From Octopus bimaculoides (taxonomy: Eukaryota): DNA of 64,000 nucleotides. The notes beneath the pieces are model-generated. The model was not told where the DNA came from, ran no database searches, and saw only the letters and a program-made list of their open reading frames with translations. The DNA lies in contig NC_068997.1 of assembly GCF_001194135.2 (NCBI RefSeq), positions 57,037,124-57,101,123 of the forward strand, given 5' to 3'. Shown here in pieces: positions 26,411 through 40,025 of the stretch (within the stretch, counting starts at the first letter, position 1; every line of letters begins with the position of its first letter). The translations under genes and the position numbers were made by a program.

Positions 26411-27529
26411 TTTTTTAAATGCTTTAGTGATTGAAAGAAAATAGAGTAAGAAACAACGACAATTGGAAAAAGCAGAAAGTTCAAAAAAGTTCCAAAAGGT
26501 TGAAACGTCGTGGTGTATTGGAGCGATGTTTTATAAACGGACGAATCCAGTGAAATCCATATGTAAATCCATATGTATTCAGGTGTAATGCTGGTGTGCA
26601 GATGAGAGATGCAGAAAAAATATACAGATATGAAGACTTTTCGTGGAGGTGATCCAAGCTAAAAGGCATGAACTACGAATGCTCAATTTCGTAAGCAACT
26701 AAAAGTTTGGGTTGAACCGTACTTGAACTTGTGATGTTGTGATTGCTAAAACTTGTCTTTATCGCGAAACAAGGAATTGGTATGCAGATGATATATCAGA
26801 AAGAGGGAATTGGCGATGTGAAATGTCGAAGGGAGATTTATACTGCAGTAGTTACTTGAGAGTAGCTGAGATTCGTAATGGAAATAGATGAATTATAGAA
26901 GTCGTTGTTGAAATGGCGGAGTAAAACCTAGAGTTTGAGAATTCCTTGTTACTGTGGTGAACAGATATTTAAATATATATGTCTGAAAGAATTTCTGGAA
27001 AATATCAGAACCTCATCTCCTACTAGAAAAAGAAAGTAGAAATAAAAGAATTTTACAAATAAATAAAAATGTTGGTCAAGATCTTGTTTCTGTGGTTTAG
27101 AAACACACATAGAAACATGGGCGCGCACACACACACACACATGCACACAGAGAAATGCGCGCATACCTATTTGCATGCACATATAAATATGCGTATATAT
27201 ATGTGAATGTGTGGGAGTCTTTGTGCGAGCGTATGTGTGTACGTGTGTGAGTGTGTGTGTTTTGTAAGGTACATAAAATGTATTCTCATAAACATTAATA
27301 CATTTCCGGAGGCTGAACTGTTTTTTGTTGATAATTGTTTCAGCACCCTTTCTATTATTGCATGTGCAATAATAGAGACTTCATGATACAGCACACAGAT
27401 CATAAATACTCATATATATATATATATANNNNNNNNNNNNNNNNNNNNNNNNNNNNNNNNNNNNNNNNNNNNNNNNTATATATACACACACACATTCATA
27501 TAGATAGTTGTGGATTTGTGTATCTGTTC

Positions 27530-27573
<44 letters not shown>

Positions 27574-27749
27574 TATAATCGAACGTATTCATATCTGATA
27601 GAGTGAACTTTGTTTATTTGAAATATTGTTGTTTATAGATGAGCGGCTAGCGAAAATCGAAGAAAATAATCTATTAAGTTAGCAATGAAAATGCTACCTA
27701 TTACTTACTAACAAATAGCATTGGCCAAATGGCGAGCAAAAACAAATTA

Positions 27750-27753
<4 letters not shown>

Positions 27754-27829
<76 letters not shown>
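27754..27829. repeat. (GA)n microsatellite
   Basis: Direct reading. Confidence 0.98.
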
Positions 27830-27833
<4 letters not shown>

Positions 27834-29940
27834 GAGAAAGGGAGAACAATGAAACTGGTGGTTCACCCCCAATAGATATCGAATATATTTCTGCTTAGAA
27901 AGAAATACAACAGAATTTACTCAAGCGTGAAATTGATTTGTTGGTATATTTCACAGAGTTTCTCGAAACTATTTTCTTATAATAAAAATGAAATAAATAT
28001 GTAAAGAATATTACAGAAATACAATAATATTAATAATAATATATGAATATACTAAAATACATGAATTATTAAAAGAAATTTACCTTGATTATAAGATTAT
28101 GATATTCAGAACAATTTCAACTTATAAAACATCTTTATAATGATACAAATATATGGGTACACAATCCAATCCCCCACACACACACACAAATACATGCACA
28201 CACTTTACATAATTACATAGACGTACATATATATATATATATATANNNNNNNNNNNNNNNNNNNNNNNNNNNNNNNNNNNNNNNNNNNNNNNNNNNNNNN
28301 NNNNNNNNNNNNNNNNNNNNNNNNNNNNNNNNNNNNNNNNNNNNNNNNNNNNNNNNNNNNNNNNNNNNNNNNNNNNNNNNNNNNNNNNNNNNNNNNNNNN
28401 NNNNNNNNNNNNNNNNNNNNNNNNNNNNNNNNNNNNNNNNNNNNNNNNNNNNNNNNNNNNNNNNNNNNNNNNNNNNNNNNNNNNNNNNNNNNNNNNNNNN
28501 NNNNNNNNNNNNNNNNNNNNNNNNNNNNNNNNNNNNNNNNNNNNNNNNNNNNNNNNNNNNNNNNNNNNNNNNNNNNNNNNNNNNNNNNNNNNNNNNNNNN
28601 NNNNNNNNNNNNNNNNNNNNNNNNNNNNNNNNNNNNNNNNNNNNNNNNNNNNNNNNNNNNNNNNNNNNNNNNNNNNNNNNNNNNNNNNNNNNNNNNNNNN
28701 NNNNNNNNNNNNNNNNNNNNNNNNNNNNNNNNNNNNNNNNNNNNNNNNNNNNNNNNNNNNNNNNNNNNNNNNNNNNNNNNNNNNNNNNNNNNNNNNNNNN
28801 NNNNNNNNNNNNNNNNNNNNNNNNNNNNNNNNNNNNNNNNNNNNNNNNNNNNNNNNNNNNNNNNNNNNNNNNNNNNNNNNNNNNNNNNNNNNNNNNNNNN
28901 NNNNNNNNNNNNNNNNNNNNNNNNNNNNNNNNNNNNNNNNNNNNNNNNNNNNNNNNNNNNNNNNNNNNNNNNNNNNNNNNNNNNNNNNNNNNNNNNNNNN
29001 NNNNNNNNNNNNNNNNNNNNNNNNNNNNNNNNNNNNNNNNNNNNNNNNNNNNNNNNNNNNNNNNNNNNNNNNNNNNNNNNNNNNNNNNNNNNNNNNNNNN
29101 NNNNNNNNNNNNNNNNNNNNNNNNNNNNNNNNNNNNNNNNNNNNNNNNNNNNNNNNNTATATGCATATATATATATATATATATATGCATATATATATAT
29201 ATATATATATGCATATATATATATATGTATATATATGCATATATATATGCATATATATATATATATATATGCATATATATATTTATATATAATATATATA
29301 CACATATGCTTATACACATATATGTGTGAACGTATATCTATACGTAGATAAATGTGTAAAGTATGTGTAATGATAATACATCGATACCTGTATGTTTATA
29401 TGCATAATATACACTCATGTATAGACATATACACGCACATGTATGTATCTATAAATTTACATATACCTATGCATGTATATGCACGTGGGTGTATGCGTGT
29501 GTGTATGTGTGGATGTGTGTGTATTTACACATACACATTCATACAATAGTATTATGGTGTTTTCCTTCATTTCGCTCTCGTTTTTATACAGATGAAATTT
29601 TTCAGCAATCAGGAGTTATTACTGTTAAAGTTGATGTTGCAGATGCTGTTACTCTTACCGCATCCCATCCTTGTTATGGATTTTTTTTTCTTCATATTTT
29701 GCCAATTTCCACTAATTATATTAAACAATTGCTTATGCTATTAATGGCTGAGGTAGAATCCAAAAAGCGAAAAAGAAGAAAAACGAAAAGAAAAGCATTT
29801 TTAGTCTGATCAATGAAATATTAATATGATGGCCCTCTGAGTGATAGACATAATTGGAATGAAAACAATAAGACAGAAGAACAACAGCAATCAAAATAAC
29901 AACAGTTACATGTTTGGTTTACTGGAAGAAATGAATGCAC

Positions 29941-29953
29941 GTTGCTAGGCAAC
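29941..29953. promoter_or_regulatory. RFX X-box consensus match GTTGCTAGGCAAC
   Basis: Exact 13-bp GTTGC-TAG-GCAAC in non-repetitive sequence; function not shown. Confidence 0.35.
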
Positions 29954-30144
29954 AGAATCAGCCACCGAAGACATTTCGTCTTCGACCGAATTAAGATCCT
30001 GATTTAGAAAACCTTGGGTGTCGTTGTGACGGAGATGGTGGTGATATGAGTTTTAAAAATTTATATTTCTTAGAATATCATGAATCAAGCAATATATATC
30101 TGTATTATATTGGAATACATTTATTCGCATAAATATATACATGG

Positions 30145-30199
<55 letters not shown>

Positions 30200-30434
30200 T
30201 TCATACGTACACATATTCATATTCACAACCAGAAACTTACGAGCACTGAAAGAGCTTTATTATTAAACCAATTGTTCAAATCTCACTTAGACAAGATTTC
30301 TTATTTCGATCGTTTTCATAACTTTGGCTAAATTCCATTTAATTCCCATTTATTGTGTTAAAGTAAACCAAGTGGAACTGTTTCACCGTAGCATCACATA
30401 GAATGTATTCTATAATCTGCCCTCTCTCTCTCCG

Positions 30435-30496
<62 letters not shown>

Positions 30497-30506
30497 NNNN
30501 NNNNNN

Positions 30507-30542
<36 letters not shown>

Positions 30543-31039
30543 ATCTGTGTATCTATCTGTATATATATATATATATATATATAACATTTTTATCCCACTC
30601 TCTCCTTGTCTATCTCTCAATGTCCTCCCACTCTTTATTAGATCTTCATTATTAAATGTGTTTCCAAGCACATTTGCTTTGTTTTTACTTTTAAATGTCT
30701 TCTTCGGAAATGAAAAAGTATCACATTCCATCGTTGTCAAAACTTACTCAATATGTGAAGAAAGAAGGAACAGAATTCCTGCCCTGAACGACTGCAACCG
30801 CAGGGACCATAACTATAGCACTTTGCGAAGACCATAAATTGTTTTTAAAAAACGCTTGCCCTGAACCTTTGCTTTAGATCCCTTGAACTTTTGCTTTAGA
30901 TCCCTTGTACTCATTTGTCTACGTTGGTTACCAAAAAATATTCTAAACCGACAGAGATTACTGTATACTATGAAATGGCACACTGTTGCTATCATGCTCC
31001 ACTTGACCACCGATATGTGGTAGATAGAGTCCTTAGAGT

Positions 31040-31190
31040 GAAGGCGCGTGGCTTAGTCGTTAGGGTATTCGGCTCACGATCATAAGGTCGTGAGTTCGAT
31101 TCTCAGCCACGAGTTGTGTCCCTGAGCAAGACACGTTATTTCATGTTGCTCTAGTCCGCTTACCTAGAAAAAATGAGTGGTACCTGTATT
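31040..31190 (+). mobile_element. SINE family B, head plus central domain (3' truncated); not a tRNA gene
   Basis: TGGCTTAGTCGTTAGGG A-box, GTGAGTTCGATTC B-box, then GTTGTGTCCCTGAGCAAGACAC core and ...TGAGTGGTACCTGTATT. Confidence 0.9.
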
Positions 31191-31404
31191 GAACGTAAAT
31201 TTGCATTGACACTTGCGAATTAACATCGAGGTGAACCATGAAATCATAAAGGAGTTCTGATGTTAATACATTCTTCCAATGGATCTTAAATATGGTTGCA
31301 TTTCAGCTTTAGTGTGCATAGGGCGTCAATTGTATCCCTTGTAGTTCCTTAGTTTCATTTATTGTAAGTTGTTTCTGAATTATTTCCTTTCCGTTGTAAG
31401 ATTC

Positions 31405-31684
31405 AAGACAGAGAGAGGGGGAGCGAGAGAGGGGGGAGCGAGAGNNNNNNNNNNNNNNNNNNNNNNNNNNNNNNNNNNNNNNNNNNNNNNNNNNNNNNNN
31501 NNNNNNNNNNNNNNNNNNNNNNNNNNNNNNNNNNNNNNNNNNNNNNNNNNNNNNNNNNNNNNNNNNNNNNNNNNNNNNNNNNNNNNNNNNNNNNNNNNNN
31601 NNNNNNNNNNNNNNNNNNNNNNNNNNNNNGCGAGAGAGGGGGGAGCGAGAGAGGGGGGAGCGAGAGAGGGGGGAGCGAGAGAGA
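31405..31684. repeat. 15-bp G-rich minisatellite (GCGAGAGAGGGGGGA)n spanning a gap
   Basis: Units visible on both sides of the N-run 31445-31629. Confidence 0.9.
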
Positions 31685-34600
31685 GGTCGGTAATTAGAAG
31701 TGGAAGGTCCCTTAACGAAACTTATCTTTTCGTTTTGAAACAATTTACAGGAAACTATCATCTATTTTTCGAACTGTGTATAAGCTCTTCCAGAACTTAT
31801 TATAACCTATTTCCCAGCTCCTTCCACTGTAATGCCAGTGGAAGCCATTAACCAGTTTTGTCTCTTCAAACGATGGCAATGTTATAGTATCAGCTAAGCT
31901 GTTGCATCTGTCATATACCGTAGATAATTACCGCTAATTAAACGTAACACTAATTATTATTCTTTCCGTTATATCAGTTTTCAAGAAGAAGGTTAATTAT
32001 AACAGTTGTGAGAAAGATAATTGTTCTGTTTGCGGTGAAGGCGTTTAATAAACTGCGATTTCTTTGCGTAAAAGCTCAAGATAACAAAGTTCATTATTCT
32101 CTTGCATTCATTCAAAAGCAAATTGAGTCTAAAGATGCTGATAGCTTTGCTTCTCTGATAAGAAAAGCATTCATAAGCTGATGCCACTCTATTCACGGTA
32201 AAAACATAGATGAGAAACAGAGAAGCAGAACTGAGAGGAAAAGTAGCAAAACACAAATGATATTTTATTTTTAATTAACGTGACTGAACATAAGGTTTCT
32301 TTGAATAAGTTTTGAGCAGATTATTGTGAAAGCATCAACAATAAAATAATGCTGTAAACCTACGTCACACGAGTTTACGCAATAGTTCCAGAATGGAAGT
32401 CAATTTAGTAAATTTGCGCATGCTCAATAGAGAAACCATATTTATATCAGGTGCAAATATTTACTGTAATTAGGATACAACAGCGTCGTTAAATGAATGT
32501 TTTCAGGTACCAAGAGAGTGTCTGTAAATCAGTGCGAAATGAATACATTCAAAGTAAAATGATAAGTACGTCATTCGAGTATATACTACCCTGAGACACG
32601 CATACATGAACAAGAGTATATCCATATGCACACAAACATACTTACATATATGTGTGAGGGATTTCTACACAGTGTATCAACGGTATTTCCACTCACAGCG
32701 TATTGTTTTAACCTGTACTAGCAGACGACATTTCTCCACGATGATAGACAATGGTATATGTTATAGAAATAATCTGTTACAAGTATACTGCCATAACGAT
32801 AGACCCAAGCCCGAATCAGTAACGCATTTGAATCATGTAATAATTGCGAAGACGCTACGTTGCATGATAATCAGATTTTGGTTATCAAACCGATTGCTGA
32901 TCCTCGTTCACGGTAGCCTTTAAAATACATTTTCGTTTTTTGCCAATTCCACCTTAATGATGTGCTGTTTTAGCTTCGGTGGTTGCCTTTGTTGGAGTTT
33001 TTCTTGTTTCCCAGACCTTGATCAATCCTGGAAGCGCAGATCAATAATCAATTTGTTTCTGCCGTAAAATCTAATAAATTCGTTTTCAGGTATCGTAAAT
33101 CTACGAATACTTTAATCAATTCCCATGTATTATTATGCAATATTCAATATTCCATTTGCTGTGACATTATAGGGAGAAAGTAGGAAAAGTTTGCACCCAG
33201 ATTTGCCCTGATTTGATCAGTTCCATCTTCGAAAAAGATTCAAAGTGTAAACCATGGTGGGTTTGGAGGATGGAGGTCATTAAAGCAAAATTAAGGGGAG
33301 GGTTCAATGTTAGCGCGACCAGACGAAATCGAAGTAAAGAAGTGAGATATATGTTGTGGCCGCACTAGAGAACTGCTCTTTGCAGAAACATTTTCTTCTC
33401 TTATCTATTCAGAAATTTATACACCACTCTTGTATGTCTCTTGGGCTGTCGGTTTTGGCAGTACAATTACATATTCATCCCTACCTACAATCATCGAGTT
33501 GTACGGATCTAAGTAATATACTCAACTCTCATTGACTCAATGCTCAGGACTAACTCTAGACTTAACGGTTTAGTTCTTGAAAGGTTATCTAACTGTAATG
33601 GCTATGGTGACGATTAATAAAAAAAATATCCACGAATCCCAGACTATTTTAATATCACACAACTGATGCACAATTGTAAAACGAGAAAGGAAAACAAACC
33701 TACAATTTAAAAAAATATATATGATTAGTATACATAAATTGGCAGTTTCTGGACTGTTGTGTCATTTGACCCCTCCGTTAAAAAGATGAAATATAGATTT
33801 GATAAATATAAACCTTCTTTTATCAAAACAACTTGTTATTTTGCTGAAGATTTATTTTTGTTCTATCCATTTCGCAGTATTCCATATTTTATCATTTTGT
33901 TTTCAAATGAAATCAGAATTTATCCAGATATATTATATTTTCCTTTCATCTGACATTGTTGATTCCGATTTTTTATAATCGTGCACAGGTTAGAGCAGAA
34001 CTACAGAAATAACTGTATGGATATAGGTTGCTTTCCTCTTCTGTGTTTGGTCCTCAAAAATATCTTGCTGTGTTATTTTATTGCATTTGATTTCATTTTG
34101 TTCACCCCTCCCTTCGACAAATTTCCATCATTCAGAAACGCTTTAAACAACATAATATTGATCTGTGACAGTTCTCACTGCAATGCCAAAAGTTTTTAGA
34201 ATTTAAATCTAATTTCTCTGTTTATCAATATTAGTGTATTTGGAATCTGAGGGAGTGTTTTATGTTTGTTCCGGCATATCTTTTAAAGATGTTACTGAGC
34301 ACTGCAAATCTTTTGAAGATATTCATTATAAATACTTTTCTTCGATTTTCATCCTCTTTGCTTTCAGATGTCAATAAAGTACAATTAACCAGCTCTTATC
34401 TCTTTACTTCATTTCGAACCGAATCTTACTTTTTTTTTACTTTCATATCTTCTGCTTTTGTCCTCCTTTTTCAATCCCATCTCTCTTTGTTGATTCATCA
34501 TTTCGCTTTCATTTTTTTTCTCTCTGCCCTACCTATTTTCTCCCTCCTACCTACCTATCTGCCTCTTCTCTCTCCCTCCCACTCTCTCTCTCTCTCTCTC

Positions 34601-35507
34601 TCTCTAATAAATGTCTTTTACATCTTTACCTCTGTTATCGACTTTGCTATTTTTTTCTTCCCATGCTGAGTTATGAAATTTGTTTGCCTCTCTTCTCCGT
34701 CTCTTTTGTACTTTTCTTTGATACGAAAATATTTCTCTGCCAGCAGAGATGCTTTTCTCTTCTTAACTGTCTTGTCATTCCTCTTTCTTTCTTTCTTCTT
34801 CATCTTCCATCAGACCACTACAATCTGTTGCTATAACAGTTAATCAGTTCCAGTTCCTCTGATCACTAAGTGACAATACGTACACACATACAAATACACA
34901 CCTACAAATACACACCTACAAATACACACACATATATATGTACAGTATATTTCTTGCTGTTTCCTGTCACTTTGATAATAAATGAATACACATACGCACA
35001 CACTACATGCATTCAAACTCACAGAAATACGTATAAAACTTTAGCCACCTTCAAAGACAGCTACAGTATATCCAAAGTTATCGAGATTTCTGTTTGCAAG
35101 ACAATATTTTACATGTAACACAGTTTCAATTCCTAGACGTGACCAACTGATTCATTTAAAACTATTGACAACACTTGTAAGTGACTCTAGCCACGAAGAT
35201 TCGCTTTCTTCTCCCATATATTTGCCGTTCCTAACTTTATTCTCCTTGCCTAAATGTATGCCACATCAATACATTTAAGCACATTTGTAAAACTAGAAGG
35301 ACTTGCCAGTTCATTTTTGATTAAGTGAGACCCAGCTAATACTCATAATAATCGAAGTTAAATGGAAGAAACCGTTCTGTAGATGGCGTTAAATAGCAGC
35401 ACATTTGCTTGATAAGTAAAACATACGTGTCAGGGACCTGTATTAATATCTGGCACAATAGTTCTTGAAGAAGTGTACTGTATGATACGGTTTATAAACT
35501 GGCCGTC

Positions 35508-35800
35508 TGGGGGTTCCGACGACGAGTGTTCCAGTAGATCCGACTAATGGAGCAGCCGGCTCGGAAAATTATCGTGCAAGTGGCTCAACACTCCACAGAC
35601 GCGTAGTATTCAGGGAGATTCAGCGTGACACAGAATGTAACAAGGTTGGTCCTTTGCAATACAGATATTACTCGTTTCTCCAGCTGAGAAGACTTTAGCA
35701 GCATGAAAATAGTCTAGCTCAAGGACAAAACATGCCGCTGGGAATCGAACTCACGACCTCGCGCCCGTGAGCCGAATACCTCTAAATAATTAGCCATGTG
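35508..35800 (-). mobile_element. SINE family B, near full-length, tail variant 2
   Basis: Reverse-complement head ggtattcggctcacg..aggtcgtgagttcgattcc matches 31040; core tgtccttgagctagac; tail differs from the 22114 copy. Confidence 0.88.
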
Positions 35801-36480
35801 ATTTCACAATTTCTATTACTACAATATCTTGTTTATGTTCTTCGAAATGAAATGTCACCTCCTTCCCAATTAGCATCTGTTTGGAAAGTAATGAGATATT
35901 TCATTAGGTACATTTTTTTCACATATTAATTCCTACTTACGTGAGAAGGAAGCGCTTCGTCCTTTCAAGGAGATTGTTTTACCTCTTCAGAGAGTTCACT
36001 ATTTCACCAGGGATAAGCCTTTGCCACAGTCTTTCAATGCCCTTTTCCATTGTTCTCTTTCAGGCATTTACTGTTTTCCCTCAAAAGCGAGCAATACAAA
36101 TTTTAATTATGAGTGAAATAATAATGATCTGGATACCATTGGAAAAAGACTCAGATTTTTTGTGCTAAAAGAATTATTGAAATTGAATGGTTTGCGAAAG
36201 TCTTCTCCTGTAATGAAAAAAAAAACAATACAAATTGCTAAGAAACGAAAATTATTTCTCAGACAATAATCGAATGTTTTCTAACAACAAAAAACAAAGA
36301 AAAATAAAGTAATAAAAATATTTCCTGTCACAGAATGATGGATTAATGGTTGAACTGATTTATTGCCATCTTGTTAAATTCATAATAGCAATTTGAAACA
36401 CATACCTATGTTTTATTTTATATTTAGTAGGCAAAAAAAATTATGTAAATATAGCGGAATCCTGTGAATGTGTGTTTACG

Positions 36481-36519
<39 letters not shown>

Positions 36520-36891
36520 GTGGCTTTGTTGATTCCTTCGAGAAGCAGTTGTTTCAGTTTCAAGCTGAGTATCCCAGATTAAGCCAATTGTCATGTAAAT
36601 ATACTTCCAAGCAGATTAAATTTTCAGGTTTAATGACAGAATTTTAAAAATATGGCAATGGGTATTAGATCTAAAGACATGTAGATCTAGTGTTCTTCCA
36701 AATTTTAATGTGAAAAATAATATTTAATGCACTATCCGCTTAGGTTACTATCCGCTTACTTGAGGCGGTGCATTTTTATTTCGCAGATAAGACATTACAA
36801 ACAGACAAGCCATCGTACGTAGACGCTTGCGAGTAATCATATATATATAATGGAATTACAACATACAAACACGTCTCTCTGTCTAGTCAAA

Positions 36892-37207
36892 TCATTGTAT
36901 AGAGATATGTCATTGTTAAAAGTAATGGTGGTGTTTATAGACACTTGATGGTATATAAATATGTGATAGTTTATACAGAAATCATCTCTTGTAGACATGT
37001 CATTATACATTGTAGTTACAGCAAGTAGACAAGATATTATACAGAAACTTGTCTTTGTATATACACATAAAATTACACGAAGACAAAGCAATGTTATCGT
37101 ATATAGAAATGCTACTGTATATAAACGAGCCATTGTAAATAGATATATTATTGTGTAGAAACCGGTCATTGAACAAAAAATTATCATTGTACATAAATAA
37201 GTCAGTG
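36892..37207. repeat. Degenerate 18-bp tandem repeat, about 17 units (approx. TCATTGTATATANANATG)
   Basis: Units in register at 36892, 36910, 36928, 36946, 36964, 36982, 37000 and again at 37148, 37166, 37184. Confidence 0.75.
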
Positions 37208-37213
37208 TGTGTG

Positions 37214-37250
<37 letters not shown>

Positions 37251-39840
37251 ATGTATATATATATATATGTGTATGTGTGTTATAGAGAGGTGATTGTAAA
37301 CATTCATAGACCGTAAACCAGACATTTGATACATGAGAGCACTCGGTATACCGACTTACTTATGATGCTCCTTTCATGCAAAAAGCTATTGATGCATGAA
37401 TTATCATAGCAAAATACTTAATTCTGTAACAGTTAACCATCTGACTTTATATATGTGTCTGAGTTTCACAGACTCCTTTTATATTATTCCGTTTTTGTTT
37501 ATCTAAGCACCGGCTGTGTTTAATCAGCTGCCGTTTAATCAGATATTCCTGTTCTAATGATCCAGTAATTTTCTAAAGAATCATTTAAATACAATATCCA
37601 AAGTGTTCGTTCCGTAATAATTTAGAATGGTGTACTTTGATGGACATTTTGCAACTTTTTCTAGAGGTCCCTAAAAATTTCCTCGTACTTTGTGTGCTTT
37701 TTGTCTCTCACAGAATGTGTTTTGATTTCATTGTTTAGAATTTACCTTTCCTCTCTGATGGAAACAAAAGATTCACGTCTGAAGCGACAACTACCAATAT
37801 TTATCTAATATTCAAAATAACATTATCTATCTTCATTTTTTGCAATTACTTTATGATTTATCTACCCTTAATAAAACACAAATAAATAAATATTAATATA
37901 ACTAAAGAATTCTGTGTATTAAATTACTGACAAATAATAAATTCCGTCTTCAAAATCTTCCTGAGGGACACTCCACGTTTTTTTTTCTTTGTTAATTTCG
38001 GAAAGATAATGGATGGAAGGCTGAAGTCTAAGGGTAACGAGTTCAATATTTTCTCTGTGAAATAATGAATAAGTAAACCCTATTTATCTTCTTATTGACA
38101 AACAATACAAAACTAAAGCAACAAAGACTAATAAATACACAAAAATAATACAATATTGATTAATCGCTGATTTAATTACTAATGTAATGTAATAACTGAC
38201 TTAGAAACGATGATTTTGAACGAAGAAACTGTGTGGTAGCTCATTGCTCTACAGCTTATTTCTATCTTTGAATAATAACGTTCAAGAAACAACCCCATCA
38301 CACACCAGAAGAGAAAAAGATTACAACAAAATCTGGAACAGGAAAAATAGCAAAATATAGAAAATGGTATAAGAGATGCAGATTACGATGGAAGAAATAA
38401 GAATCGCAGTAAAAGGTCACTGTTCAGAGAAGCCAATTTCTCCGGTGGTGCCAGAGTGCCGGTTGGCAGAATCGTTACTCTTCAGTCTGTTTATTATAAA
38501 CACAAGGAAGAGAAAATGAGAAGCTTTTAATTATTGCCTTAATGACTGCGTAGATATTTATCCATTAACTTTAGCTCCATGTGTTTCATGTAACGCATTA
38601 AAGTTTCACCGAGTATGTGTGTGGGTGTGCGTGTGTGTGTGCTGATGCGTGACGTTATATCGATTCTTGAGTAGATGTGTATCTGTTCATGTGCATTCAC
38701 GCAAGATAAATTTGCATGCATACACACATTTACCTTTGGACACATTCATATACAAACACCCACGCACATATATGCACACACACACACACACACTTATATA
38801 TACATACACGCATATATGTATGTATGTCTATATACTTATTAAATGTGAAATGACATGAGAAGGCACAAACTTATTTACATAGAAGTAGGAGGCTAATGAA
38901 CGGACATTAATTAATATATCACCAACAGAATGGTTTTTAAAAAAAAAATGTATAATCAGTAATATCTCTTTGTATTTAGTTTGTGATTAACACAAAGAAG
39001 TACGTTTACAGAATTATAATTCTATGTATCTAGTGTGTGAAGTTAGGAATTATAAAGTTATTGCGACGGTTTCGGATAAGAATTGAAACTGATAGATTCA
39101 GTGTTAAAGATGCAGCAAGAAGGAGAGTCTTGCCATTCGTCACCTGTTTTCTGTCCTTATTTCAGATTTGTGTGTAGCATTCGGAAGAGCCACTAGCTGT
39201 AAAATCCATTTATCTCTACAAAATAACTATCCGACCACGCACCAAATGCGGAAAAAAAAATTTGGTTGTAAGATGTGAGAAGATAAAAAATACACACACA
39301 CATAGAAGAAAAAAATATGATAAAATTAATTGCTTTTCGCCTGTTTTCCATAACTTAAACGCTTTGCCAAAATGATAAAAACGAACGTGCAGATTATATA
39401 TTTCGAACTAATTAATGAAAAACCATAAAAATCCAGTAAAATTTAGCATTTTAAATTTTTTGTGGCATATTACACCGAAGGATTTTATTTTGTTGGTTTA
39501 ATGCGGATTTTACAAAATTACAATATTAAAAGATAAAATCAAATGAATTAAGAAGCATTAAATAGCTAAGAATTATTGGGCTTTACAAACTCTCTTCTGC
39601 TACTTGCAATCTATTTATCAACACAATTCTTTCATTATTAACCTTCCGCACTTCCTTTGCAATTAGCCTCTGTAAAATTACAAATGGTAAGCATCAGATA
39701 TTTAGCTTTTAATTGTGCGCACGCGCACCTGAGCACATTAGGAATCTTTATTAACGTAGATATATGCCGAAGATAATCCTAAACAAGGAAACTTGGTTAT
39801 CTTCTAAAAGCATACTACAATAGGCATAAAATAATCCGTT

Positions 39841-40025
39841 TTACTCTAGCTGCAAGGCCTGAAATTTACAGGAGGGAGTTAGTCAATTACATCGACCCCA
39901 GTGCTCGACTAGCACTTATTTTATCCATCTCGAAGGCAAAGTCGATCATGGCGAAATTTTATTTCAGAACGTAAAACGGGAATGAATCTCGCTAAGCAGT
40001 TTACTCGGCGCGATAAGGACTCTAT
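39841..40025 (-). mobile_element. SINE family A, degenerate copy
   Basis: caaggcctgaaattt...catcgaccccagtgctc...cacttattttatc...gaaggcaaagtcga...cagaacgtaaa...gctaagca. Confidence 0.8.

Noticed and set aside
27639-27680. Plus-strand micro-exon candidate DERLAKIEENNLL
   Set aside because: Weak donor and no homology; cannot be distinguished from chance.
31040-31110. tRNA-like sequence as a tRNA gene
   Set aside because: No complete acceptor stem, and it continues into a SINE core shared with two other copies, so it is a SINE head.
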